From NCBI GenBank assembly GCA_000092065.1, contig CP000589.1: a DNA stretch of 64,000 nt; one strand, 5' to 3'. The notes under the pieces are model-generated. The model saw only the letters and a list, made by a program, of their open reading frames with translations, was not told where the DNA came from and searched no databases. Below are positions 10,192 through 19,620 of the stretch, in pieces. How positions within the stretch are numbered: the stretch's first letter is position 1; each line of letters opens with the position of its first letter. The position numbers and the translations under genes were made by a program. Source of the stretch: Ostreococcus lucimarinus (Eukaryota).

Positions 10192-10776
10192 ATGCCGTTT
10201 CGACCGTCGCCGAACGGGAACAAGGGCAAGGGATTTTTAGAGTTGTGGTTCGGCAGGGACGAGGCGAACGAGGGTAAGATACGACCGGCGCCCTATTTGC
10301 GAATCTTGGCGGTGATACCGTTCGTGATTCCGTTGATGGGGACGATTGCGTTCACGCACAGCGCGTACGAGTTTTTGCCGCTGTTCAAGCACGCGATGTT
10401 CATCTTCGCCCCGGCGATGCAGCTCTTTTACGGGAACTCGTTCATTCCGTTCATGACCTTCTTCGCGCTGTTCTTGCTCGTCGTGCGTAACGAGAAGATT
10501 CCGTACTTTGTGCGGTATTGCACCATGCAAGCCATCTTGCTCGACATCTGTTGCATGCTCGGCGGTTTGATCATGCAATACATGCCGATTTTCATAATGG
10601 TGAGCTGGGTCGGCGAGTGGATGGAGCTTTGGATCTTCGTCAACTCGTTCTTCGCGCTCGGGTACTCCATTTTCAACGCCCTTCAGGGTTTGATCCCCGA
10701 AGCGCCGCTGATCTCCGAAGCCGTGTACGCGCAAGTCCAGGAAGCTCGCGACACGGGGTACATGGAGGAGGAGTGA
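10192..10776 (+). CDS. TIC20: Tic20-family protein (chloroplast inner-envelope translocon Tic20/HP20-like), four predicted TM helices.
   Basis: PYLRILAVIPFVIPLMG ... FVRYCTMQAILLDICCMLGGLI matches the Tic20 signature (FVRFNAMQAVLLD). The first ATG in the frame is at 10192; the track start at 10129 is a TTG. No obvious transit peptide is present in this exon. Confidence 0.65.
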   Translation: MPFRPSPNGNKGKGFLELWFGRDEANEGKIRPAPYLRILAVIPFVIPLMGTIAFTHSAYEFLPLFKHAMFIFAPAMQLFYGNSFIPFMTFFALFLLVVRNEKIPYFVRYCTMQAILLDICCMLGGLIMQYMPIFIMVSWVGEWMELWIFVNSFFALGYSIFNALQGLIPEAPLISEAVYAQVQEARDTGYMEEE

Positions 10777-11041
10777 GCGCGCGCTTCGACGACGCGAGTA
10801 GGCCAACCCATTTTCTTAGTAGCTTGAAAACATTGACACTGACACACACACACCTCTCGCCGGCGCGTTCGTCGTTCCATCGCGTTTCGCCCGCGCTTTC
10901 GCGCCCGAGCGCGGTTCGGCCGAACTGGATAAAGTCGCGCGCGTCGCAGATATTTCTCACCACCGTCCTCGCGTAATCGCCGCATCCGTCACAACACGCC
11001 GCGACGCACCGCGCGCGACCGGTTCGCGTGAAAGCGTAATC

Positions 11042-12316
11042 ATGCACGCCTTCGCGCCGTTCGCCAACGCCTCGGCGACGCCCACGGTTCGTCAAACGAC
11101 GTCGAAGCGTCAACAGACGTCATCGCGCTCGAACGCGATCGCGCGCGTCGTTCGCGCGAATGCGCGGTCGAACGACGCCGAAGACGCGGTCGGCGATGCG
11201 ACGACGCGTCGTCGAGCGATCGCGACGCTGTTCGCGGGTGCGGTAGGCACCGCGGGGGCGGTCGGGAGCGCCAAGGCGGACGTGCAAGATTACCTGTCAA
11301 ACTTGCTCGTCGAAAAGCCGCCGCCGCCGAAACGGGAAATTTTGCTCCCGGATCTCGAGGTCAAGCCGTTGACTCGAGAAGAGGGGTACCGAGGAACGAC
11401 GGGGGCGAACAAATCCAAGGCGCAGATCGAGTTTGCGCAGTTTATCGCGCCGATCATCGAGGAGAATATTGATATGGACTTTGGGTCGTACTTCCGATTG
11501 GCGTTGGCGGATTTGGGGACGTTCTCCGTCGTCGGTAAGAAGAATGGGTTGAACGGAAGCATTCGATTCGAACTCGACCGTCCGGAAAATGCTGGATTGA
11601 AGCCGGCGTTCAATTCGATCGAAAAGATTAAAAAGGCTGTGGACGCGAAGACGACGCAGCCGATTACGTACGCGGATTTGATCGCCATCGTTCCGCATTT
11701 TGCGGCTCGCAGACAGTTCAAGGCGGATTACATGGAGGAAGTCGGGGACGATAAGAACTACGAGTTCTTGTTCATCGGCACCAACCCGTTCTTGGGGGCG
11801 AAAATTCGCATCGGTCGCCGTGACGCCGACGGTCCCGATCCCGAAGGTTTGATTCCGCTCGTCGACGGCAACGCCGAGGATTTCATCGCCTGGTTCCGTC
11901 GCATGGGTCTCGGTCCGAACGAACTCGCCGCGCTCGCGCCGTACATCTACGAGGATCGTCAAAAAGGTATCGATATTTGTGCCCAAGACGGCACGTGCGC
12001 GCGTTTGCTCGACGTGTACGAGACGCAGCGCATTTTGGGCAAGCGCGCCCCGGGGCCGGCGGTGACCATCATCAAGAACCTCAAGCAATGCACCGATCAG
12101 TGCATTCCGGGCGGTCCGCTGAGCGTCGCCCCGGCGCAGCTCGATCCGCTCTACGTCGACTACGCCTTCATCAAGGGTGGCGGCGAGATCCCGCGCATCT
12201 CCGCCTCGGGCGCGTACCCGGGCTCGATTTACGACAGCGGCAGCAAGTTGGCCATGCAACTTCGCGCGTCTCAGGCCGAACAGCGCGCGCAGGCCGCCGC
12301 CGCCGCCGGTAACTAA
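11042..12316 (+). CDS. Thylakoid-lumen ascorbate-peroxidase-like protein (TL29/APX4-like, probably non-catalytic) with a bipartite transit peptide and twin-arginine (Tat) signal.
   Basis: Class I heme-peroxidase fold (FRLALADLGTFS..GKKNGLNGSIRFELDRPENAGLKPAFNSIEKIKK; YADLIAIVPHFAA). The catalytic RLAWH is replaced by RLALAD. The N-terminus is S/T/R-rich, then TTRRRAIATLFAGAVGTAGAVGSAKA, which reads as an RR motif plus hydrophobic core plus AxA cleavage site. Confidence 0.7.
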   Translation: MHAFAPFANASATPTVRQTTSKRQQTSSRSNAIARVVRANARSNDAEDAVGDATTRRRAIATLFAGAVGTAGAVGSAKADVQDYLSNLLVEKPPPPKREILLPDLEVKPLTREEGYRGTTGANKSKAQIEFAQFIAPIIEENIDMDFGSYFRLALADLGTFSVVGKKNGLNGSIRFELDRPENAGLKPAFNSIEKIKKAVDAKTTQPITYADLIAIVPHFAARRQFKADYMEEVGDDKNYEFLFIGTNPFLGAKIRIGRRDADGPDPEGLIPLVDGNAEDFIAWFRRMGLGPNELAALAPYIYEDRQKGIDICAQDGTCARLLDVYETQRILGKRAPGPAVTIIKNLKQCTDQCIPGGPLSVAPAQLDPLYVDYAFIKGGGEIPRISASGAYPGSIYDSGSKLAMQLRASQAEQRAQAAAAAGN

Positions 12317-12438
12317 TCGCATCGCGTTCTCTCACGATTCAAGTTTCGTTTTACACGCTATTCTTCAAACATTGAATTTCAATCAAACGCTCGCTCGCCG
12401 TCTACGCCCGGCCCTCGCCCGGCCCTCGCCTCGCCTCG

Positions 12439-12918
12439 CTACTCCGGCGGCGGATACTTCGCCACCTCCTCCCTCACCCTCCGCTCGTACTTCGCCCTAT
12501 CCGTCGTGTACGTCACGTACGCATCGCTCTGCGCCGGCGACTTCTCGTTCGGATTATCCAGCAGTTCCTGTATCCCCAGCGCCACCTGCTTCACCGTCAC
12601 GCTCGGCCGCCACCCCTCGTCCTCGTTCAGAATGCTCAGGCACACCGTCCCGCTCGGGTACACGTTCGGGTGATAAAATCCCGCAGGAAATTTACACTTC
12701 ATCGGCTTGGCCGGGTACTCCCTCGGGAACTCCATCGTCAGCGGCACGAACGCGCCCTCCCAGCGCGTCCCGCGCGCGCCCGGTATCGAGCACCGCCATC
12801 GAAACAGATTCGTCTCCCCGCTCGCCGTTTTCTCGGGACGCGCGAAGAATCCGGGCGGGTGGTCGCGACGCCAGTTTCGGCGCTCCTCGCCCAGGCGCGC
12901 GAGGGCGACCGACGCCAT
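12439..12918 (-). CDS. UBC9: SUMO-conjugating enzyme E2 (UBC9 / SCE1).
   Basis: [24 protein letters not shown]...[42 protein letters not shown] aligns almost residue for residue with UBC9, including the active-site Cys. ATG at 12918; the track ORF start at 12963 lies upstream, in frame. Confidence 0.9.
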   Translation of the reverse strand: MASVALARLGEERRNWRRDHPPGFFARPEKTASGETNLFRWRCSIPGARGTRWEGAFVPLTMEFPREYPAKPMKCKFPAGFYHPNVYPSGTVCLSILNEDEGWRPSVTVKQVALGIQELLDNPNEKSPAQSDAYVTYTTDRAKYERRVREEVAKYPPPE

Positions 12919-13018
12919 CGCGCGTCGCGACGTGACGACGCGACGAATCGATTCTCGATGCAATCGGTCGTCGGCGCGCCGATCGGCGCGTCGCGCGCGG
13001 CAGAGCGCGCCGCGCGCG

Positions 13019-15247
13019 ATGGCGCGAGGGGCGCACGCGCGGACGCGCTCGATGCGCGCGCTCGCGGTGACGCTGACGCTGACGCTGTCGCGATGGCGCG
13101 TCGGCGCGGCGATGACGACCGACGGTTTGACGTCGTCGGATCACCGATCGCGACGCGCGCGCGGCGACGAGGACGCGCGACGCGCGCGCGGTCGTCCGGC
13201 GACGTGGACGGCGTGCGCGGGTCCGTCGCGCGCGGCGCTCGAGCTCGCGTGGCGCGCGGAGACGCACGCGTCGGTGTACGCGACGCCGCTCGCGGAGGAC
13301 GTCGACCGGGACGGACGAGGCGCGGCGGTGACGCAGACGACGAGCGCGCGCGTTCGAGCGCACGACGGCGCGACGGGAATCGATTTAGACGGCGAGAGCT
13401 GGGGCGCGCGACTCGGCGCGGCGTCTCGGGGAGGCGTGGTGAGGATCGGGGAGGCGTACGCGAGCGCGTCGCTGGCGGGCGAGGCGAGGACGTTCGACGG
13501 CGAGCGAACGCGCGCGGTCGCGCGATTAGCGCCGCTGGCGATGGCGGTGGATTGGTTCGGTGACGATGGATCGGGGAAGAGCGACGCGGGCGATCCGCGC
13601 GAGGTTGAGCGGAGACACGAGGCGAGACGACGCGCGCCGGGATCGAGGCGGTTGTTGGACGTCGAAGACGAAGACGAAGAGGAAGAGCCGACGACGATGA
13701 GCGCGGAGGAAGAGGCGAGGAGCGATCGCGGTTGGGACGCGATCGATAGTGGCGGTGATTCGACGCGCGATGTCGCGAGTGGGTCCGTCGAGGCGCGGCG
13801 AGCGGTGGACGGACGAGTCTTCGTGGACGCGCACGCGTTGTGCACGCCCGCCGTCGGCGACGTGGACGGTGACGGCGAACCCGAGCTCGTGCTCGCGGTG
13901 TCGTATTATTTCGATTCTTCCGTGCGCTTTGAAGACGACGTCGATCCGAAGCAGTACGCCGCGACGGCGTTGGTCGTGTTGAACGGCGAGGACTTGTCCA
14001 CCAAGCGCTCGATCGCGCTCGATCAGAGCGCGGCGACGGCGCTGTTCAAAGCCAGAGCGTACGCCCCGCCGACGCTCGTCGATGTCGACGGCGATGGACG
14101 ATTGGACATCGTGATCGGCACGTACGCTGGCGTTTTGCACGTCGTGGACGGCGTTTCGGGGAATCCCTTGCCGGGATGGCCTCGACGGCTCGGACAGATG
14201 GAAGCGCAAGTCACCGCCGCGGACGTCGACTCGGATGGTGACATCGAACTCATCGCGTGCGACGTTCGCGGGACGGTGGCGGTGTTTAAATCGAACGGCG
14301 TCGAGCTTTGGAACAAGCACGTCGAGTCTCGGATTGCCGTCGCGGCGAGCGTAGGAGACGTCGACGGCGACGACGAAATCGAAATCGTCGTCGGCGACAC
14401 CTCTGGCGCCGTGCACGCGTTTCGCGCCAAAGACGGCACCGCACGCGAGCACTGGCCGGTGTACGTGGGCGATAAAATTCTCGCCCCGATCGTGCTCACG
14501 AAACTTCGTCAAACAAAACGCGGGCTCGATGTCATCGTCGCCACGCACGACGGCGTGGTGCACGTGCTCGAGGGCCGAAGTCGATGCCGCGACGTCTTTG
14601 ATATCGCCGAAAAGATTTACGCCGCGCCGTTTGTCACCTCTTTTGCCGGCTTCGGCGAACTCGACGTGATAATTTCCACGATGGAGGGTCACGTGCGCTC
14701 GTTCAAGGCGAAAGGGTCAAAGTTTAATGCGTTGGCGTTGACGTCGAGCGATCACGTGTCTCGCTACGATTATTTCGGTGTGGCGCTGTACGATCGCACT
14801 TATCGCGTCATTCGTGGAACGTACGTTGATGTGGTTTATGAAATCATCGATAGACGCGTGCTCGATCACGCCAAGGCGAGGAAATCGTCGCTCGCGCCGT
14901 ACAAGGTTGCGATTACGGTGACGAGTTTGGATGGTTTCAAGAAGATCGTCTCCGCTCGACACGATCGCGCCGGTCGGTACACGCTTCGGGTGGGCGTTCC
15001 ATCGACGAAAACGCGCGGGGAGATCCGAGTGCGCGTTCAAGATGTCAACTTGATCGCCGACGAAGACGCGTATTCGGTTTCGTTTCACGAAAATTACGAG
15101 ATCGCCTTGAAATGGCTCGTCGCCCTACCGTTTCTTCTCGCGAGCGCGGCGGCGATTCGGCGCGCGAGCGAAGACGCGCTCGAGATGGATGTCTTTGGCG
15201 CGTCAGCCTCGATTCCAACCACCACGAAGGGGATGCACGAGGAATAG
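13019..15247 (+). CDS. DEX1: DEX1-like (Defective in Exine Formation 1) secreted/membrane protein with FG-GAP/VCBS repeats and a C-terminal TM helix.
   Basis: Repeated VDVDGDGxxELV / [11 protein letters not shown] / [21 protein letters not shown] calcium-binding motifs. Signal peptide [14 protein letters not shown]-terminal [19 protein letters not shown]. The ORF is open from 12707, but that stretch overlaps UBC9 on the opposite strand, so the start is placed at 13019. Confidence 0.7.
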   Translation: MARGAHARTRSMRALAVTLTLTLSRWRVGAAMTTDGLTSSDHRSRRARGDEDARRARGRPATWTACAGPSRAALELAWRAETHASVYATPLAEDVDRDGRGAAVTQTTSARVRAHDGATGIDLDGESWGARLGAASRGGVVRIGEAYASASLAGEARTFDGERTRAVARLAPLAMAVDWFGDDGSGKSDAGDPREVERRHEARRRAPGSRRLLDVEDEDEEEEPTTMSAEEEARSDRGWDAIDSGGDSTRDVASGSVEARRAVDGRVFVDAHALCTPAVGDVDGDGEPELVLAVSYYFDSSVRFEDDVDPKQYAATALVVLNGEDLSTKRSIALDQSAATALFKARAYAPPTLVDVDGDGRLDIVIGTYAGVLHVVDGVSGNPLPGWPRRLGQMEAQVTAADVDSDGDIELIACDVRGTVAVFKSNGVELWNKHVESRIAVAASVGDVDGDDEIEIVVGDTSGAVHAFRAKDGTAREHWPVYVGDKILAPIVLTKLRQTKRGLDVIVATHDGVVHVLEGRSRCRDVFDIAEKIYAAPFVTSFAGFGELDVIISTMEGHVRSFKAKGSKFNALALTSSDHVSRYDYFGVALYDRTYRVIRGTYVDVVYEIIDRRVLDHAKARKSSLAPYKVAITVTSLDGFKKIVSARHDRAGRYTLRVGVPSTKTRGEIRVRVQDVNLIADEDAYSVSFHENYEIALKWLVALPFLLASAAAIRRASEDALEMDVFGASASIPTTTKGMHEE

Positions 15248-15255
15248 TAGTAGCT

Positions 15256-15861
15256 TTAGTTGTTCGTATATTGCACGTATGTATCCATTGACATGAATTC
15301 ATGTCCATTCTCGGCAGCCATCTCTTGCGTCTCGTCCCAAGGACACCCGCGCTCACGCGCGTACTTCAAACATTCCAACTCTCCATCCATGGCGGCAAGT
15401 GCGCACGTCCACTCGTTCCAGGGACATCCATTCTCGTGCGCGTACTTCAAACACTCCAATTGTCCGCTCCGGGCGGCATTCATGCACGTCCTCTCGTCCC
15501 AAGGACAGCCGTGCTCGTGCGCGTACTTCAAACATTCCAAATGTCCATTCCGGGTGGCGTAATAGCACGTCCTCCAGTCCCAAGGACACTCGCGCTCGTG
15601 CGCGTACTTCAAACACTTCAAATGCCCATTCATGGCGGCATTCGCAGACGTCCATTCGTTCCACGGAAAGTCGAGTCGCCGCGCCTCCTTCAGCTGCTCG
15701 AGATAGCCAAGTTCCGCGAGTTTTGAGCAAACTAAGCCGTCTGCATCGCGCTGCGGTCCGCGAGATACATTCTCGAGGCAAGTCTCGAGGCAATCGTGAG
15801 TCTGACTGGCCCGGCGCTTGATCAATTCGCGCAAACGCGCGTATGGGTCCTTCTTAGCCAT
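15256..15861 (-). CDS. Ankyrin-like 'GCPWDE' repeat protein (tandem ~33-aa repeats).
   Basis: Five tandem repeats of the form NGHLECLKYAHEHGCPWDERTCxxAA. The underlying DNA is a ~99-bp tandem repeat across 15300-15700. ATG at 15861. Confidence 0.6.
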   Translation of the reverse strand: MAKKDPYARLRELIKRRASQTHDCLETCLENVSRGPQRDADGLVCSKLAELGYLEQLKEARRLDFPWNEWTSANAAMNGHLKCLKYAHERECPWDWRTCYYATRNGHLECLKYAHEHGCPWDERTCMNAARSGQLECLKYAHENGCPWNEWTCALAAMDGELECLKYARERGCPWDETQEMAAENGHEFMSMDTYVQYTNN

Positions 15862-16251
15862 GTGTTTGAGAGTCGCGATGTGACCACCGACGTCGTTCTC
15901 GCGCGAGATCGAATACGCGACGGGATCAAACGCGCGCGACGACGAACGAGCGTCGACGTAAACGGGCGTTCGTACATGTAATTACATCACGCTTGAAACC
16001 GTTCGCGCCGAGCGGAGCCGGCGGTATCACGTAAAACATCAAAAAATTAAACAAAATACGTCGAGCGAGCGGCTCGCCAAAGCTCGCGCGCGATAATCGA
16101 CGCCGCCACCGAACGTTAAAACGTCCGTTTCGCGACGGCGCGTCACATCTCACGCGCGAGTTCACGCACGCTCACCCGAACGCTCGCGCCGATCTCTCGA
16201 GATCGCGTCGCGACGGTTAACCCAACAGCTTCTTGTAATTGTAATAGACGG

Positions 16252-16725
16252 TTAACCCAACAGCTTGACGATTTTCGCTTCGTTATCCGCCGCGCCGTCC
16301 CCGTTGCGTTCGACGACGTTTCCATCGCGATCCACCAAAAACTTACACGCAAAGTTCCATCGCACGTCGGATTCATCCCCCGACGCCTTTTTCAAGAACG
16401 TCCACACCGGCGACGCGTCCGCGCCGTTCACGTTCGTCTTCGCCGTCACCGTCGGCGCCGTCTCGAATTCTTGCTTCGCCACGAACGCCGCGATGTCCTC
16501 CGCCTTCGCCAGCTCCTGTCCCCCGAACTGCCCGCTCGGCGTGAGCACGACGACTAAATCCGGCGAGTACTTGTTCGACAAGTCGCGCAGCGCCGCGTAC
16601 TCGCGCTTCGTCGCGCCTCACCTGCTCGCGACGTTCGTCACGAGCACGACTTTGCCCTTCATCGATGCAAACTCGATCGTCGAGCCGTCGAGCGCGGGCG
16701 CGCGCAGGTCGTGGAACGCCGCCAT
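16252..16725 (-). CDS. GPX: Selenocysteine-containing glutathione peroxidase (GPX). The in-frame TGA at 16620..16618 is read as Sec. One continuous reading frame spans track ORFs 16618..17460 and 16252..16581.
   Basis: FHDLRAPALDGSTIEFASMKGKVVLVTNVASR-[TGA]-GATKREYAALRDLSNKYSPDLVVVLTPSGQFGGQE ... VNGADASPVWTFLKK...DVRWNFACKFLVDRDGNVVERNG. The TGA sits exactly at the catalytic Cys/Sec of the NVAS(K/Q)[C/U]G(x)T motif (human GPX1 VASLUGTT). An alternative upstream ATG at 16815 would add an R/A-rich possible targeting peptide. Confidence 0.75.
16618..16620 (-). other. In-frame UGA (selenocysteine) codon of the GPX gene.
   Basis: TGA flanked on both sides, in frame, by conserved GPX sequence. 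Confidence 0.7.
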
Positions 16726-16818
16726 CGCGCGCGTGACTCTTCCGCGCGCGCGCTTCGAGCGAGCGACGCGCGCGGGCGCGAACGAGCGAGCGAACGCGCC
16801 GAGCGCTCGCGTCATACT

Positions 16819-17508
16819 ATGACGCCGACGCCGATCTTCGGCCGCGTGTTCCTCGGCGCGCGCGCGCCGACGCGCGCGGACGCGCGGCTCGCGTGCGAGC
16901 ACGGACTGCGGTGCGGGCACAACTACCCGAGCGAGCTCGTCGGGACGTCGGACTGCGACGAGGAGGCGCCGGGACAGCGCGCGAGGTTGGAGGGACAGCG
17001 ACGACGGTCGTGGGCGATAGATCGCACGCGCGCGCGCGTCGGACGCGGCGCGCGCGCGTACGAACGCGCGGTGAAAGCGCTGAAGTCGTGGGAGCACTTC
17101 GATCTCGGTTGGGCGCGCGTGTCGCGAGAGAGCGGCACCGCGGTCGGGGACGCGGTGTGCGTCGAGGCGCGCGTGGCGGGCGTGTGGATGCGGAATCCGC
17201 TGCGCATCGTCGAGCTTCGCGAGCGGGAGAAGCGCGCGAGCGGAGGCGCGTCGTCGTCGTCCGGGGCGAGGGCGAAGGCGCGGTTCGCGTTCGCGCACGG
17301 GACGCTCGGCGGGCACTTGCTCGCGGGGGAGGAGCGGTTCTCGGTGGAGCTCGCGGAGGACGGCGAAGTGTTTTACGAGGCCTACGCGTTCAGCAGGCCC
17401 GCGCACGCGCTGAGCGTGGTGAGTTATCCGTTCGTGCGATTGTTGCAAAAGCGGTTTCACTGGGATTCGTCGCGGGCGATGCGTAAAATCTTGAGCGAGG
17501 CGGAGTAG
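16819..17508 (+). CDS. Conserved hypothetical protein (~229 aa).
   Basis: Non-repetitive sequence rich in aromatics (WEHFDLGWARVS ... FYEAYAFSRPAHALSVVSYPFVRLLQKRFHWDS). ATG at 16819 lies 4 nt from the alternative minus-strand GPX ATG. The track ORF begins at 16711. Confidence 0.4.
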   Translation: MTPTPIFGRVFLGARAPTRADARLACEHGLRCGHNYPSELVGTSDCDEEAPGQRARLEGQRRRSWAIDRTRARVGRGARAYERAVKALKSWEHFDLGWARVSRESGTAVGDAVCVEARVAGVWMRNPLRIVELREREKRASGGASSSSGARAKARFAFAHGTLGGHLLAGEERFSVELAEDGEVFYEAYAFSRPAHALSVVSYPFVRLLQKRFHWDSSRAMRKILSEAE

Positions 17509-17595
17509 GACGGAGCCTCGGTCAACTCGTACTGTAGATGGTTATAAATAATATGCGGTGTTTAGATTCTTCCCATCGACGCGCTCGCGATGCGA

Positions 17596-19620
17596 TTAGA
17601 TGGAGTGCGTGCGACGTATTCGTGTGGCATCGTACGACGCGCGCTTGGAAGCGTCCTTGAGCACCGCGTACGCCTCGGCGACGCGCTTGAAGAGCGCCTC
17701 AGACGCCGGCCGAACGGCGTCGCTCGGCGCCTTGTCGGGATGAAACTTCAGCGCGAGCGACTTGTACGCCTTACTCACGTCCGCCTTAGTCGCGCGGGAA
17801 CTCACACCGAGCACGGCGTAGTGCTCGCACGACGTTGCACCGTTCTTCACCTTGCGCTGCGCCTCGCGCAACTTCATCGCGCAGTCGTCGCCCATGTGCG
17901 GCGCGAGTTCCTCCAAATCTTTCATCGCCATCGGCCAGTCGCCCATGGACAAGTAAGCATCCGCTCGGCGCTGTAACGCGCGAATGTACGTGTCATCGAA
18001 CGTGCGAGAGACGCAGCACTCCATGACGGCGTCGCAAAACTTGCCCATGGCTTGAAGCGCGGCGGCTTTGTTCGCGTGAAGCACGGCGCGGAACGCTTGG
18101 TCATCGAAATCGATCGCCAAAGCATCAGCGTACGCTTGAAGCGCCGCATCGTACGCTTTGGCGTGAAAATTTTGATTACCCCGCACCTTGAGTTGTTCCG
18201 CTTGTTCTCGCAACGCACTGAGACGTTTCTTTGGCGACGGTCGCGTCGGCGTTCGCTGACGTCGCGGCGAAGGCTTCGCCTTTTGCGGAGTTTCACGCTT
18301 TGGTGGCGACGCTTTCGATGGTGTCGTCGTTGCCTTCGTTTCTGGAGAACTCGCGCGTCTGGGCGAGGACGCCTTACGGGGTGAGGCATCCGTGGCGAAC
18401 CTGACGAGCTTGGCGCGTTCTTGCTTCCACGACGCCTTGTGCAGGGCGAAAGCCTCACGCTCGCGTTCGAGCTCCTTCATGACCGCCGCTAACTTCGCAC
18501 TCAACGCCGAAGAATCACTATTATTCGAGTTTACACGCGAGCGAAGCGCGTCCAACTCCGAACGCGTCGCCGAGAGTTCCTTCTTACGAATGGCCTCGAT
18601 TTCTCGCGCTTTGCGCGCCTCCGCCCTGGCGCCCGCCAAAGCGTCGCGCAACTCGGCGTTCTCCGCCTTTAAGTCAGCCTGCGACGCGGTGACTTCTACG
18701 GACTCTTTCAAGGCGCGAACTTCATCCTTTTTCGACGCAAACGCGCTGACGAGCTTGGCGTTCTGCGACGCCATCTCCGCGAGCGCGTTTCTCGCCGACT
18801 TTCGCCCGTTGTCCAACTCTTGGCACTTCGCCGTCAGAGCCCCAACCTCTCTCTCCGCCGCCTCCGCGCGCTCGCGCATCAACTTCAGCGCGTTCTCAAA
18901 ATCCGTCCTCAGCGTCGCCTCGATCGCCTCGACGTCCGATCGTCTATACCGCGGCGAAGACGACGACGGCGACACTTTCCCCTCGCGCGCCGAACCGCTC
19001 GGCGACGCGTCCATCATCTCCCGATCCCCCGACGCGACGACGCCCCCCTCCGACCTCTCCCGTCGCCCTCCATTCGAATTTTTCACCCCACTTCGCATCA
19101 CCGCCGCCACCGTGCTCGCCGCTCGCGCCCGCATCGTCCGTCCTCCCTCGCGCTCCGCTCGCTCCGCCTCGCGAACCGCTCGCGCCACCGCGTCTTCCAT
19201 CCACGTCATCGTCTCCCGCCCCATCCCTCGCTCGCGTCCGACCGTCGCGCGCGAACCGTTTGTTGCATCGCGCGCCTCGCTCGTTCGTCCGTCTCGAGGT
19301 CGCGTCGCGCCGTTCGCGTCGTCGTCGTCGTCGCCGCGTCTCGCGTCGCCGTCCTTCGACCCCCTCGCCGCCGCGTCCGTTCGCATCCCATCCCGCGTCG
19401 CGTCGCGCTCGACGCCGCGATTCGTGAGATCGCGCATCGAGCGCGTGACTTTGCGCTGCAGCGCGCGCTCGGCGTCTCGAGCGCGGACGCGTGCGCGTTC
19501 GATCGCGCGGTCGATGGCGGTGGATGAACCGACACCGTTCGACGCGATGATGTTTGCGCTTCGCGCGTCGTCGTCGTCGCCGCGCGGGGACGCGCGACGG
19601 AACGTCGAGACGGAGGGCAT
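17596..19620 (-). CDS. TPR-repeat plus C-terminal J-domain co-chaperone (DNAJC7/TPR2-like), with an N-terminal coiled coil and a P/S/K-rich linker.
   Basis: TPR helices (LKVRGNQNFHAKAYDAALQAYADALAIDFDDQ...ANKAAALQAMGKF). J domain with HPD (HYAVLGVSSRATKADVSKAYKSLALKFHPDKAPS...ASYDATR). ATG at 19620. Confidence 0.75.
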   Translation of the reverse strand: MPSVSTFRRASPRGDDDDARSANIIASNGVGSSTAIDRAIERARVRARDAERALQRKVTRSMRDLTNRGVERDATRDGMRTDAAARGSKDGDARRGDDDDDANGATRPRDGRTSEARDATNGSRATVGRERGMGRETMTWMEDAVARAVREAERAEREGGRTMRARAASTVAAVMRSGVKNSNGGRRERSEGGVVASGDREMMDASPSGSAREGKVSPSSSSPRYRRSDVEAIEATLRTDFENALKLMRERAEAAEREVGALTAKCQELDNGRKSARNALAEMASQNAKLVSAFASKKDEVRALKESVEVTASQADLKAENAELRDALAGARAEARKAREIEAIRKKELSATRSELDALRSRVNSNNSDSSALSAKLAAVMKELEREREAFALHKASWKQERAKLVRFATDASPRKASSPRRASSPETKATTTPSKASPPKRETPQKAKPSPRRQRTPTRPSPKKRLSALREQAEQLKVRGNQNFHAKAYDAALQAYADALAIDFDDQAFRAVLHANKAAALQAMGKFCDAVMECCVSRTFDDTYIRALQRRADAYLSMGDWPMAMKDLEELAPHMGDDCAMKLREAQRKVKNGATSCEHYAVLGVSSRATKADVSKAYKSLALKFHPDKAPSDAVRPASEALFKRVAEAYAVLKDASKRASYDATRIRRTHSI

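Noticed and set aside
9201-10229. 342-aa minus ORF and several 90-140-aa plus ORFs rich in Arg/Ala
   Set aside because: Pure R/A/G low complexity in a CGCG-rich intergenic or UTR region. Not considered coding, apart from a possible Tic20 5' exon.
16582-16617. Interpreting the GPX split as two exons separated by an intron
   Set aside because: The two ORFs are in the same frame and contiguous. They are separated only by the TGA, with no GT...AG signal. The TGA falls exactly at the catalytic Cys/Sec position, so Sec recoding is the simpler explanation.
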